Positions 17,307-25,797 of a stretch of DNA of 25,797 nucleotides are shown here, one piece after another. The DNA is from an uncultured bacterium (GTDB lineage Bacteria; Actinomycetota; Humimicrobiia; Humimicrobiales; Humimicrobiaceae): positions 1 to 25,797 of the forward strand of contig CBDUUS010000001.1 in the NCBI GenBank assembly GCA_965370465.1, given 5' to 3'. The notes below the pieces were generated by a model, which was not told the origin of the DNA, searched no databases, and saw only the letters and a program-made list of their open reading frames with translations. How positions within the stretch are numbered: the first letter of the stretch is position 1; every line of letters begins with the position of its first letter. The position numbers and the translations under genes are program-made.

Positions 17307-17314
17307 AAGGGACT

Positions 17315-18193
17315 ATGAATTTTCAGGATATAATTTTTAATCTGCAAAAATATTGGGCCATCAGGGATTGTATAATCAAACAGCCTTTGGATCTGGAAAA
17401 GGGCGCTGGGACGTTCAATGCTGATACTTTTTTAAGATGTCTGGGACCCGAACCATGGAATGTAGCATATGTCGAACCCTCAAGAAGGCCCACTGATGGA
17501 AGATATGGAGAAAATCCTTTCAGGTCCCAGTTTTATTATCAATTTCAGGTACTTCTGAAACCCTCGCCTGATGATATTATTGATCTTTATCTCGGCTCCC
17601 TTGAAAGTCTGGGAATAAAGCTTGCCAGCCATGATATAAGATTTGTGGAAGACGACTGGGCATCGCCTACAATAGGGGCCGCAGGGCTTGGGTGGGAAGT
17701 CTGGGCAGACGGGATGGAGATAACGCAGTTCACATACTTTCAACAGATGGGGGGGCTTGCATTAAAGCCTGTATCGGTAGAGCTCACTTATGGGCTCGAG
17801 AGGATAGCAATGTATCTGCAGGATAAAGAGAGCTTCTGGGAGCTTTTATGGAATGATAATATAACCTACCGTGATGTTCATCTGGAATCAGAAAAGCAGT
17901 GGTCCAAATATAATTTTGAGATAGCGGATATAGATATGCTGCTTGACCTTTTTGATAAGTATGAAAAAGAATTTAATAGCGTGATAAGCGAAGGACTCGT
18001 ATTTGTCGGCCACGAATATGTTCTTAAATGTTCCCATATTTTCAATCTGCTTGATGCAAGAGAGGCAATAAGTGTGGCCCAGAGGACCTCTTATATAGCG
18101 AGGGTAAGGAAGCAGGCTAAAGTATTATGTCAGAAATATGTAGAACAGAGAGAAGAACTTGGATTTCCTCTTTTAAAAAGAGGTGAAAAATAG
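17315..18193 (+). CDS. glyQ: glycine-tRNA ligase alpha subunit
   Basis: [65 protein letters not shown]. Confidence 0.98.
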   Translation: MNFQDIIFNLQKYWAIRDCIIKQPLDLEKGAGTFNADTFLRCLGPEPWNVAYVEPSRRPTDGRYGENPFRSQFYYQFQVLLKPSPDDIIDLYLGSLESLGIKLASHDIRFVEDDWASPTIGAAGLGWEVWADGMEITQFTYFQQMGGLALKPVSVELTYGLERIAMYLQDKESFWELLWNDNITYRDVHLESEKQWSKYNFEIADIDMLLDLFDKYEKEFNSVISEGLVFVGHEYVLKCSHIFNLLDAREAISVAQRTSYIARVRKQAKVLCQKYVEQREELGFPLLKRGEK

Positions 18194-18196
18194 ATT

Positions 18197-20308
18197 ATGA
18201 AAAGCGACCTTATTTTAGAGATAGGAACAGAAGAGCTCCCACCGTCCTGTACCGGTGAAGGTCTCAATAGCCTGAGAGTCCTGCTCGAAAAAAACTTTAT
18301 TGAGAACCGGATCAAATTTGACAGTATTTCCGCCTATAGTTCTCCGAGGAGGCTGGCAATCTATGTGAAGGGGACCAGCGATACACAGGAAACTGCTGAA
18401 AAAACTGTCACGGGCCCTCCAAAGAAGATTTCATATGACACAGATGGAAAACCAAATAAAGTTGCAATAGGGTTTGCTAAAAGTCTCGGTATTGATATTG
18501 GGGATCTTGAGGAAATAGAGATAAAAGGAAAAGGAATATACCTCGGCAAAAAAATGGTCCAGAAAGGCAAAAGGACCCATGAGATACTTCCGGATATACT
18601 TAAAAATACAATACTGTCTGTTACTTTTAAAAAGCAGATGTACTGGGGAGACTACGGGACCCGGTTCATAAGGCCGATAAGATGGCTGCTTGCAATTCTG
18701 GGAAGCGAAGTAATTGACTTTAAAATAGAGAATGTAAGATCAAGTAATATTACTTTTGGCCACAGGACATTAAGTACCTCGCCGATAGAGATCGGCTCTG
18801 CGGACCAATACTTTCAGAAACTTAGAGAAGGCAGGGCAATAGCTGACCAGGCAGTTAGAGAAAAGATGATCTATGAGCAGATAAAAAATATAGAAGAAAA
18901 TATATGGAATAAAGAATATAAAGCTGTTATAGATGAAAAACTGCTCAGGGAAGTCATCGACCTCGTAGAGATTCCCAATGTTCTTATCGGGCATTTCCCG
19001 GAAGCTTTCCTTTATATGCCTGCTGATATTCTAATAGAAGCAATAAAGTATCATCAAAAGTATTTTCCTGTAGTTGACAGTAAAGGTGGTATCACTACAA
19101 ATTTTTTAATTGTACAGAATGGTATTGAGGATAATGGAGATATTAAAAAGGGTAATGAAAGGGTCCTGAGAGCCAGATTAAGCGATGCATCTTTCTTCTA
19201 TGAACAGGATAGAAAGCATGATTTCCCATACTGGCAAGAAAAGCTTAAAGGTGTGATTTTTTATTCTGGCCTGGGAAATATGAATGAGAGGCAGGCAAGG
19301 CTGAAAGGGATCAGCATATACCTTGCGGAGAAAATAAATAAATCTGATAATAAAAAACTTTTAAAAGATCTTAAAGATGCAAGTGTTCTATGTAAATGCG
19401 ACCTTGTGACTAATCTGGTAGTGGAATTTCCTGAACTGCAGGGTATTGTCGGAAGAGAGTATTCCAGAGAAAGAGGATATAATGAGGCTGTCTCAAAAGC
19501 AGTATTCGAGCATTATCTTCCGGGGTCAGCAGGAGATAGGCTTCCCGGCACTGAAGCAGGAAGGATCCTTTCACTGGCTGATAAGATAGATACCATAACA
19601 GGTTTATTTTTGATGGGAAAGGCCCCCTCGGGTTCGGAGGACCCGTTTGCTTTAAGGAGAAAGGCTTCCGGAATAGTCCGGTCCATTCTTGGAGGAGATT
19701 ATGATATAGATCTAAAGGGTCTTATAAGGTTCTGCACTGCATTGTATAAAAAGTCATATAAGACAAAGGAATCTGATGATAATAAAATAGCTGAAAAGAT
19801 ATTCGGGTTCATAATAGCGAGACTAAGATTCCTGATAATAGAGAATAATAATAGGATGGATGTATTTGATGCTGTGCTTGGTTCAGGATGTTCCTCACTT
19901 AAAGATATTGACCTGAGACGGGAAGCGATCGAAGAATATATGTCAAAGGAGGATATAAGGTCCATTGTCTGGCCGATGAGCAGAAGTAAAAATATAATAA
20001 ATGGAAAACAATTTGGAGCAGTCGATCCGGGGCTACTCAAAGAAAAATATGAGAAAGAGCTGTTTGGAGCCCTGCAAAAGGCAGAAAGTAATATCTGCGG
20101 TCTTATAGAAGGAAAAGAGTATTGTGAATTATTGGAAGAAATGAGCAGCTTTGGCGGGATTGTGGATAAATTCTTTGACGAGGTACTCGTGATGGATAAA
20201 GATGATAAAGTAAAAGCCAACCGCATAAATCTATTAAAAAAAGTAGCAGATCTATATATCAATTTTGCAGATTTTTCACTGATCGTCATCGATACTGGCG
20301 TAAGGTAA
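18197..20308 (+). CDS. glyS: glycine-tRNA ligase beta subunit
   Basis: LEIGTEELP, SPRRLA, FIRPIRW, GNERVLRARL.DA.FF, EFPELQG, HYLP, ADKIDT, GSEDPFALRR; DALR-type C-terminus. Confidence 0.97.
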   Translation: MKSDLILEIGTEELPPSCTGEGLNSLRVLLEKNFIENRIKFDSISAYSSPRRLAIYVKGTSDTQETAEKTVTGPPKKISYDTDGKPNKVAIGFAKSLGIDIGDLEEIEIKGKGIYLGKKMVQKGKRTHEILPDILKNTILSVTFKKQMYWGDYGTRFIRPIRWLLAILGSEVIDFKIENVRSSNITFGHRTLSTSPIEIGSADQYFQKLREGRAIADQAVREKMIYEQIKNIEENIWNKEYKAVIDEKLLREVIDLVEIPNVLIGHFPEAFLYMPADILIEAIKYHQKYFPVVDSKGGITTNFLIVQNGIEDNGDIKKGNERVLRARLSDASFFYEQDRKHDFPYWQEKLKGVIFYSGLGNMNERQARLKGISIYLAEKINKSDNKKLLKDLKDASVLCKCDLVTNLVVEFPELQGIVGREYSRERGYNEAVSKAVFEHYLPGSAGDRLPGTEAGRILSLADKIDTITGLFLMGKAPSGSEDPFALRRKASGIVRSILGGDYDIDLKGLIRFCTALYKKSYKTKESDDNKIAEKIFGFIIARLRFLIIENNNRMDVFDAVLGSGCSSLKDIDLRREAIEEYMSKEDIRSIVWPMSRSKNIINGKQFGAVDPGLLKEKYEKELFGALQKAESNICGLIEGKEYCELLEEMSSFGGIVDKFFDEVLVMDKDDKVKANRINLLKKVADLYINFADFSLIVIDTGVR

Positions 20309-20456
20309 GAGTCCGGATCTCTGCTTATATGCTCCGGTAATCAGCTAATATATTCCTCAGGCAATTCATACTTATATTTTAGAAGTTTTTTTGATAGTAT
20401 TACTCGATTTGTATTTTTAAAATGCAAGAATATTTATATAGGAGAAGGGATAAAAA

Positions 20457-23090
20457 ATGACATCTAAAAAGTATGTGTACTTCTTTGGTGAAGGCAAGAA
20501 GGAGATGAAAAAGCTCCTCGGAGGCAAAGGAGCAAATCTATCAGAGATGACTAATATAGGTCTTCCGGTACCTCCTGGCTTTACTATTTCCACTGAAGTG
20601 TGCAATCTGTATTATGACCTCGGAGAGAGATGGCCGGAGGGTCTTGATGAGCAAATAGAGGAAAATCTTAAAAAACTTGAAGAGAAGATGCAGATGAGTT
20701 TTGATGATAAGGATAATCCTCTGCTTGTATCTGTACGTTCAGGTGCGGCGGTATCCATGCCGGGGATGATGGACACTGTACTTAATCTGGGCCTGAATGA
20801 TACATCGGTCAGGGCTCTCATAGCGAAGACCGGAAATGAAAGGTTCGGCTGGGATGCATACAGGAGATTTGTCCAGATGTTCGGTGATGTTGTAATGGAT
20901 GTGGAACATAACAGGTTCGAAAAGGCTCTGCAGGCAAAAAAGGACAGCAGGGGAGTTAAGCTTGACACAGAACTTACCGGACAGGACCTTAAAGAACTGG
21001 TAGAAGACTATAAAAATATAATAAAGGATGCAAAGGGGAAAAGCTTTCCGGAAGATCCCAGGGAACAGCTCAGGATGTCAATAGATGCAGTTTTTGGTTC
21101 CTGGAACAATAAGAGAGCTCAAACCTATAGGAACCTTCATGATATTCCTCATAATATAGGTACAGCGGTAAATGTGCAGACAATGGTATTTGGAAATATG
21201 GGAGAGACTTCGGGGACCGGAGTAGCATTTACAAGGAACCCTTCAACAGGAGAGGATGTTTTTTATGGTGAATATCTTATTAATGCACAGGGAGAAGATG
21301 TGGTTGCAGGGATAAGAACACCTCAGCCTATTGTAAAGCTGGAAGAAGAGATGCCTGAAAGCTATAAGCTTCTTATGGATATAAGAAATAAGCTCGAGGA
21401 TCATTACAGGGATATACAGGATCTTGAGTTCACAATACAGGAAGGCAAGCTGTATATGCTTCAGACAAGGACAGGCAAAAGGACTGCAGCTGCAGCTCTT
21501 CAGATAGCTGTAGATATGGTGAATAATGACTTTATTGATAAAAAGACTGCTGTGACAAGGGTAGAACCACAGATGCTGGATCAGCTTCTGCACAAGCAGC
21601 TGGATAAAGATGCAAAGGAGAAAGCCGAAGTGCTGGCGAAGGGACTCCCTGCATCTCCGGGAGCAGCTCCTGGCAAGGTTGTATTTAATGCTGATGATGC
21701 TGTTGAAGAATCCAAAAACGGGAATGTGATACTTGTAAGGACAGAGACTTCTCCGGAAGATATACAGGGCATGGCTGTTGCACAGGGCATACTGACTGCA
21801 AGGGGCGGAATGACCTCTCATGCAGCTGTTGTGGCCCGTGGAATGGGTAAATGCTGTATAGCGGGCGCGGAAGAAATAAAAGTATTTGAAAATAAACAAT
21901 ATTTCCAGGTAAAAGACAAACAAATAAAAAAAGGCGATTGGATAACCCTTGACGGCTCTACGGGTGAGATATTTATGGGCAGGATACCGGTAGTGGATCC
22001 TGAGGTAAATGAGAACATGCAGACCTTTATGAGCTGGGTCGATGATTATAAAAAGCTTGGAATAAGGGCAAATGCAGATACACCCAATGATAGCCAGGTT
22101 GCAAGAGATTTTGGAGCAGAAGGGATAGGCCTTTGCCGAACAGAGCACATGTTCTTTGAGGGCGAGAGGATAAAATCCGTCAGGAAGATGATAGTTTCAT
22201 CAAATGAAGAAGAAAGAAGAGAAGCTCTTAAGGAGCTTCTGCCGATGCAGAGAAAAGATTTCTATGAGATATTTAAGGTGATGAAGGATCTCCCGGTCAC
22301 AATCAGACTGCTTGATCCGCCCCTTCACGAATTTCTTCCCACTGAAGATGAGGATATAGAGGAGATCGCAAAAGAGATGGGAATGAGTTTTGATGATTTA
22401 AAATCTACAATAATATCGCTTCACGAGATGAATCCTATGCTGGGCCACAGGGGTTGCAGACTTTCCATAACTTATCCTGAGATAGCAGAAATGCAGGCAA
22501 GGGCTATATTCGAAGCTGCTGCAGACCTGACAAAAGAAGGATATGATGTGCAGCCTGAAGTAATGGTCCCTCTTGTCGGAAGCCTCATGGAAATAAAGAT
22601 ACTAAGAGAAAAGATCGTATCTGTTGCTGATGAAGTAATGGGTGAAAAGGACCAGAAATTCAATTATAAAGTAGGTACCATGATCGAGGTTCCCAGAGCA
22701 TGCCTTATTGCTGACAAGATAGCAAAGGAGGCAGAATTTTTCAGCTTTGGCACCAATGACCTCACACAGATGGCTTATGGGTTCTCGAGGGATGATTCCG
22801 GTAAATTCCTTCCTGATTATATCGAGCAGGGGATCCTGGCAAAAGATCCTTTTGCGACCCTTGACATTGGCGGCGTGGGACAGCTTATAAAGATGGGGCT
22901 GGAAAAGGGAAGAGCCTCAAGGAAAGACCTGAAGGTAGGTATTTGCGGAGAACATGGCGGCGATCCAAAGTCTATAGATTTTTGCCATGAGATAGGTTTG
23001 GATTATGTAAGCGCCTCGCCATACAGGGTGCCGGTAGCAAGACTTGCAGCTGCACAGGCAGCGATAAGGGAAGAATCTGAGAAAGAATAA
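20457..23090 (+). CDS. ppdK: pyruvate, phosphate dikinase
   Basis: GGKGANL, SVRSGA, phospho-His motif GGMTSHAAVVARG, GIGLCRTEHMF, FSFGTNDLTQ, catalytic GICGEHGG. Confidence 0.98.
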   Translation: MTSKKYVYFFGEGKKEMKKLLGGKGANLSEMTNIGLPVPPGFTISTEVCNLYYDLGERWPEGLDEQIEENLKKLEEKMQMSFDDKDNPLLVSVRSGAAVSMPGMMDTVLNLGLNDTSVRALIAKTGNERFGWDAYRRFVQMFGDVVMDVEHNRFEKALQAKKDSRGVKLDTELTGQDLKELVEDYKNIIKDAKGKSFPEDPREQLRMSIDAVFGSWNNKRAQTYRNLHDIPHNIGTAVNVQTMVFGNMGETSGTGVAFTRNPSTGEDVFYGEYLINAQGEDVVAGIRTPQPIVKLEEEMPESYKLLMDIRNKLEDHYRDIQDLEFTIQEGKLYMLQTRTGKRTAAAALQIAVDMVNNDFIDKKTAVTRVEPQMLDQLLHKQLDKDAKEKAEVLAKGLPASPGAAPGKVVFNADDAVEESKNGNVILVRTETSPEDIQGMAVAQGILTARGGMTSHAAVVARGMGKCCIAGAEEIKVFENKQYFQVKDKQIKKGDWITLDGSTGEIFMGRIPVVDPEVNENMQTFMSWVDDYKKLGIRANADTPNDSQVARDFGAEGIGLCRTEHMFFEGERIKSVRKMIVSSNEEERREALKELLPMQRKDFYEIFKVMKDLPVTIRLLDPPLHEFLPTEDEDIEEIAKEMGMSFDDLKSTIISLHEMNPMLGHRGCRLSITYPEIAEMQARAIFEAAADLTKEGYDVQPEVMVPLVGSLMEIKILREKIVSVADEVMGEKDQKFNYKVGTMIEVPRACLIADKIAKEAEFFSFGTNDLTQMAYGFSRDDSGKFLPDYIEQGILAKDPFATLDIGGVGQLIKMGLEKGRASRKDLKVGICGEHGGDPKSIDFCHEIGLDYVSASPYRVPVARLAAAQAAIREESEKE

Positions 23091-23104
23091 TCATATATTA
23101 GCTT

Positions 23105-23157
23105 AATAGGCCAGGGCTCATACAGATCATAATATGTCTGATGGGTCCTGATCTATT
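23105..23157 (+). terminator. long imperfect hairpin after ppdK (probable terminator or stabiliser)
   Basis: AATAG/CTATT, CAGGGCTCA/TGGGTCCTG (two G-U pairs), CAGA/TCTG and CAT/ATG nested stems; no clear U-tract. Confidence 0.5.
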
Positions 23158-23297
23158 CACATAATGCTCACATGCAATACATAAATATGATAAAATTACA
23201 GTATGAATTAAAAGATCTTTTCATACGCTGGATTTCTTAATAAACATTTCTTAGTGTTTTGATCTTTTGTTTTTATTGACCATTATATGCATAAACT

Positions 23298-25217
23298 ATG
23301 TCAAGAAGCCTAAAAGATGGCGAGATAGATGAATTAAAATCTCGCGCTGATATATATAATATAGTATCCAATTATGTGGGCCTGAAAAAATCCGGAAAAA
23401 GCTATTCTGGCCTGTGTCCCTTTCATAAAGAAAAAACACCATCTTTTTCTGTGGACCCCGGGAAACAGCTGTATCACTGTTTTGGCTGCGGTGAAGGCGG
23501 GGATATAATAAGTTTCATAGAAAAAATTGAAAATATGGATTTTATTGAAGCTATAGAGTTTATTGCAAATAAGATCGGATATAAGCTTAAATATAATATG
23601 ACAGGTGTATCAAAGGAATCTGGAAGGGCCAGAAATAGGCTATATGAAATAAATGAACTTGCTAAGAAATATTTTCAATTCATATTACATAATAGCAAAT
23701 CAGGAAAAGTGCCTCTTGATTATTTAAAAAAGAGAGGTTTTACCGGTAAAACCATAAAAGAATTTGAAGTAGGCTATAGCATGGATCTCTGGAATAATTT
23801 TACAGGCTTCATCTCGAAAAGGGGATATAAGGATAAAGAGATTATAGGAAGCGGGCTGGCTATTGAAAGCACGAAGAAGCCGGGAGCTATATATGACCGG
23901 TTCAGGGGAAGAATAATGTTTCCCATTGAAGATATTGTGGGAAAACCGATCGGTTTTGGCGGTAGGATAATATCTGAAAAATCCGGGACTGCCCGTCAGA
24001 ATGCAAAATATATTAATACGCCCGAGACCAGAGTATATTCCAAGAGTAAGAATATTTACCGCATCCATCAGGCGAAGAACAATATTGTCAAAAACGATGA
24101 AGTGCTTATAGTAGAAGGATATACAGATGTAATGGCTCTTCACCAATCAGGAATATGGAATGCTGTTGCCAGTCTTGGCACAGCTCTTACTTCTGACCAG
24201 ATAAAGATACTCGGCAGGTTTACAAAAAACATCATACTTGTATTTGACAGTGATCAAGCAGGGATAAATGCATCGCTTAAAGGAATCGAAAGGCTCAAGG
24301 AGTATAATGAAAGACTTGATCTTTATTTTGAAAGTAATCTAAATATAAAGGTAGCGGTTCTTGAAAAAGGATATGATCCTGCTGAATTTATTTTAAAGAG
24401 AGGAAAAGAAAGCTTCCTTGACAGGATCAATAAATCTCAGAACATAATTGATTTTACTATTGATATAATACTTGGAAAACATGATATAGGAAATCTTTCA
24501 GGAAAACTTAAAGCCAGCGATGATCTTATTAGATTTATAACCACACTATCGTCTTCTATTATTCAGGAGGAGTGTATAAAAAAAATCGCTCAGAGATTGA
24601 ACCTTAAAGAAAATCTTTTGCTTGAGGAAATGCATAAGAAAAAAAACACACCCGGCACTAAAGATAATTATTGGAACAGGTCCAAAGATGCCGGAGGAAA
24701 TACAGAAAAAGAAAAAGTGCTGCCTTTTAAAAAAGTCGAGATAGAGGCTCTTAAATTGATTGTAAACGGACTCGGAAACAGGCTGGAGGAATTTCTTGGC
24801 CTGGGTTCCGGGTATTTCAGATTTGAAGATACAAAAGAACTCTATGATGCATTAATAAAGGAAATAAATAAGGCAGGTGGAAATTATAAAAAGGTGAACT
24901 TTCCCATAAAAATCTCGTCTGATATTTTAGAAAATGCGGAAGCAAAGAAACTATATAATTTTATACTCTTTAGTGAGCTTCATTATGATGAAGATGAGAT
25001 AGACCCGGCAAGCGATGAAATCCTGAATAATTTGAAAAGTATACATCTATCAGAAGAAATAGAATATGTAAGAAAAAAGATGATTGAATATGGCGATGCT
25101 AAAAAAGGATCAAGTGATGAAGAAATTAAAAAACTGGAGCGTAAGCATGACGGTCTTTATCAGCGGCTCATAAGACTTGAACAGGAAAAGCAAAATCTGG
25201 GTATAATAACTGTATAG
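23298..25217 (+). CDS. dnaG: DNA primase
   Basis: CPFH.EKTPSF...CFGC zinc ribbon, YDRFRGRIMFPI, KYINTPET, TOPRIM VEGYTDV, ASLGTA, FDSDQAG, DP. Confidence 0.98.
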   Translation: MSRSLKDGEIDELKSRADIYNIVSNYVGLKKSGKSYSGLCPFHKEKTPSFSVDPGKQLYHCFGCGEGGDIISFIEKIENMDFIEAIEFIANKIGYKLKYNMTGVSKESGRARNRLYEINELAKKYFQFILHNSKSGKVPLDYLKKRGFTGKTIKEFEVGYSMDLWNNFTGFISKRGYKDKEIIGSGLAIESTKKPGAIYDRFRGRIMFPIEDIVGKPIGFGGRIISEKSGTARQNAKYINTPETRVYSKSKNIYRIHQAKNNIVKNDEVLIVEGYTDVMALHQSGIWNAVASLGTALTSDQIKILGRFTKNIILVFDSDQAGINASLKGIERLKEYNERLDLYFESNLNIKVAVLEKGYDPAEFILKRGKESFLDRINKSQNIIDFTIDIILGKHDIGNLSGKLKASDDLIRFITTLSSSIIQEECIKKIAQRLNLKENLLLEEMHKKKNTPGTKDNYWNRSKDAGGNTEKEKVLPFKKVEIEALKLIVNGLGNRLEEFLGLGSGYFRFEDTKELYDALIKEINKAGGNYKKVNFPIKISSDILENAEAKKLYNFILFSELHYDEDEIDPASDEILNNLKSIHLSEEIEYVRKKMIEYGDAKKGSSDEEIKKLERKHDGLYQRLIRLEQEKQNLGIITV

Positions 25218-25306
25218 GAAAGAGTTTGAGAATTATTCTAAATCATATAAAATATAGTTTCTGAAAAAATCTCAATAAAATTTAAATATTTTTGAGGTAA
25301 TCAAAT

Positions 25307-25797
25307 ATGAAAATAGGATCTGAATTAAAACTGGAAGAAGTAAGGGCTCTTATAACAAAGGGAAAATCTGATGGCATGCTTACAACAGAAGAGATCACAG
25401 AGGCTCTTTCGGAAATCGATTTCAACAAAGAACAGATTGAAAATATTTATAGTGTAATCGAAAAGCTTGGAATCGAGATAGTAGATAAAGAAAATGATAA
25501 TATAGATGCCAGGGTCCAGGCTAAAAAGGAAGGTAAAAATATTAAAAAGAGAAAACTTGACCTTTCAATTAAGTCGCCTACAAATGATCCTGTAAGGATG
25601 TATCTTAAAGAGATAGGAAAGGTAAGACTTTTAATTGCTTATGAGGAGGTTATGCTTGCCAGGAGGATAGAGGCTGGCGATATCGGAGCTAAGAGAAGTC
25701 TTGTAGAAGCAAACTTAAGGCTTGTTGTAAGTATAGCCAAAAAATATATAGGAAGAGGAATGCTATTTCTTGATCTTATACAGGAAGGTAATCTGGG
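25307..25797 (+). CDS. rpoD: primary sigma factor sigma70, 5' part (runs off right edge); not in ORF track
   Basis: ATG 25307 with GAGGT RBS; reads [26 protein letters not shown]...(region 1.1)...[14 protein letters not shown] (1.2)...[26 protein letters not shown] (region 2); follows dnaG. Confidence 0.97.
   Translation, partial: MKIGSELKLEEVRALITKGKSDGMLTTEEITEALSEIDFNKEQIENIYSVIEKLGIEIVDKENDNIDARVQAKKEGKNIKKRKLDLSIKSPTNDPVRMYLKEIGKVRLLIAYEEVMLARRIEAGDIGAKRSLVEANLRLVVSIAKKYIGRGMLFLDLIQEGNL

Noticed and set aside
17170-17314. T-box riboswitch upstream of glyQ
   Set aside because: The region is too short and lacks the T-box consensus, specifier stem and terminator.
21243-22148. 301-aa antisense ORF opposite ppdK
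   Set aside because: Entirely within a well-conserved sense gene; Cys/Phe/His-rich composition typical of non-coding frames; no domain motif.
475-24146. All remaining short overlapping or antisense ORFs in the track (60-196 aa)
   Set aside because: Each is nested in or opposite a confidently identified gene and shows no recognisable motif.
1-25797. CRISPR arrays, IS elements, tRNA/rRNA genes, stop-codon recoding, phase-variable tracts
   Set aside because: No regularly spaced repeats, transposase motifs or structural RNA genes were seen. All core genes are full length under the standard code, and the A/T runs of about 8 nt are expected at this composition.

Overview
AT-rich bacterial chromosomal window, almost all housekeeping genes. 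Left end: the 3' tip of a NagA-like amidohydrolase (+) converges on a minus-strand operon led by a TPP riboswitch: thiN (thiamine pyrophosphokinase), a ThiXYZ-type ABC transporter and a YkoF-like thiamine-binding protein. The rest is a co-directional + strand run: hrcA-dnaJ-rsmE-mtaB-HIT-phoH-7TM/HD (PgpH-like)-ybeY-GNAT-era-deoC-recO-[broken toxin-antitoxin module]-cysK-glyQ-glyS-ppdK-dnaG-rpoD (partial). hrcA-dnaJ without grpE/dnaK, no CIRCE and no glyQ T-box, alongside PgpH, glyQS and ppdK, suggests a deep-branching low-GC Actinomycetota-like lineage (inference only). The most unusual element is absent from the ORF track: at 15925-16228 an AbrB/MazE-type antitoxin N-terminus is joined out of frame to the C-terminal half of a RelE-like toxin, i.e. 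a TA pair collapsed by an internal deletion. No mobile elements, CRISPR arrays, tRNA or rRNA genes were seen, and I found no convincing large novel multi-gene system.
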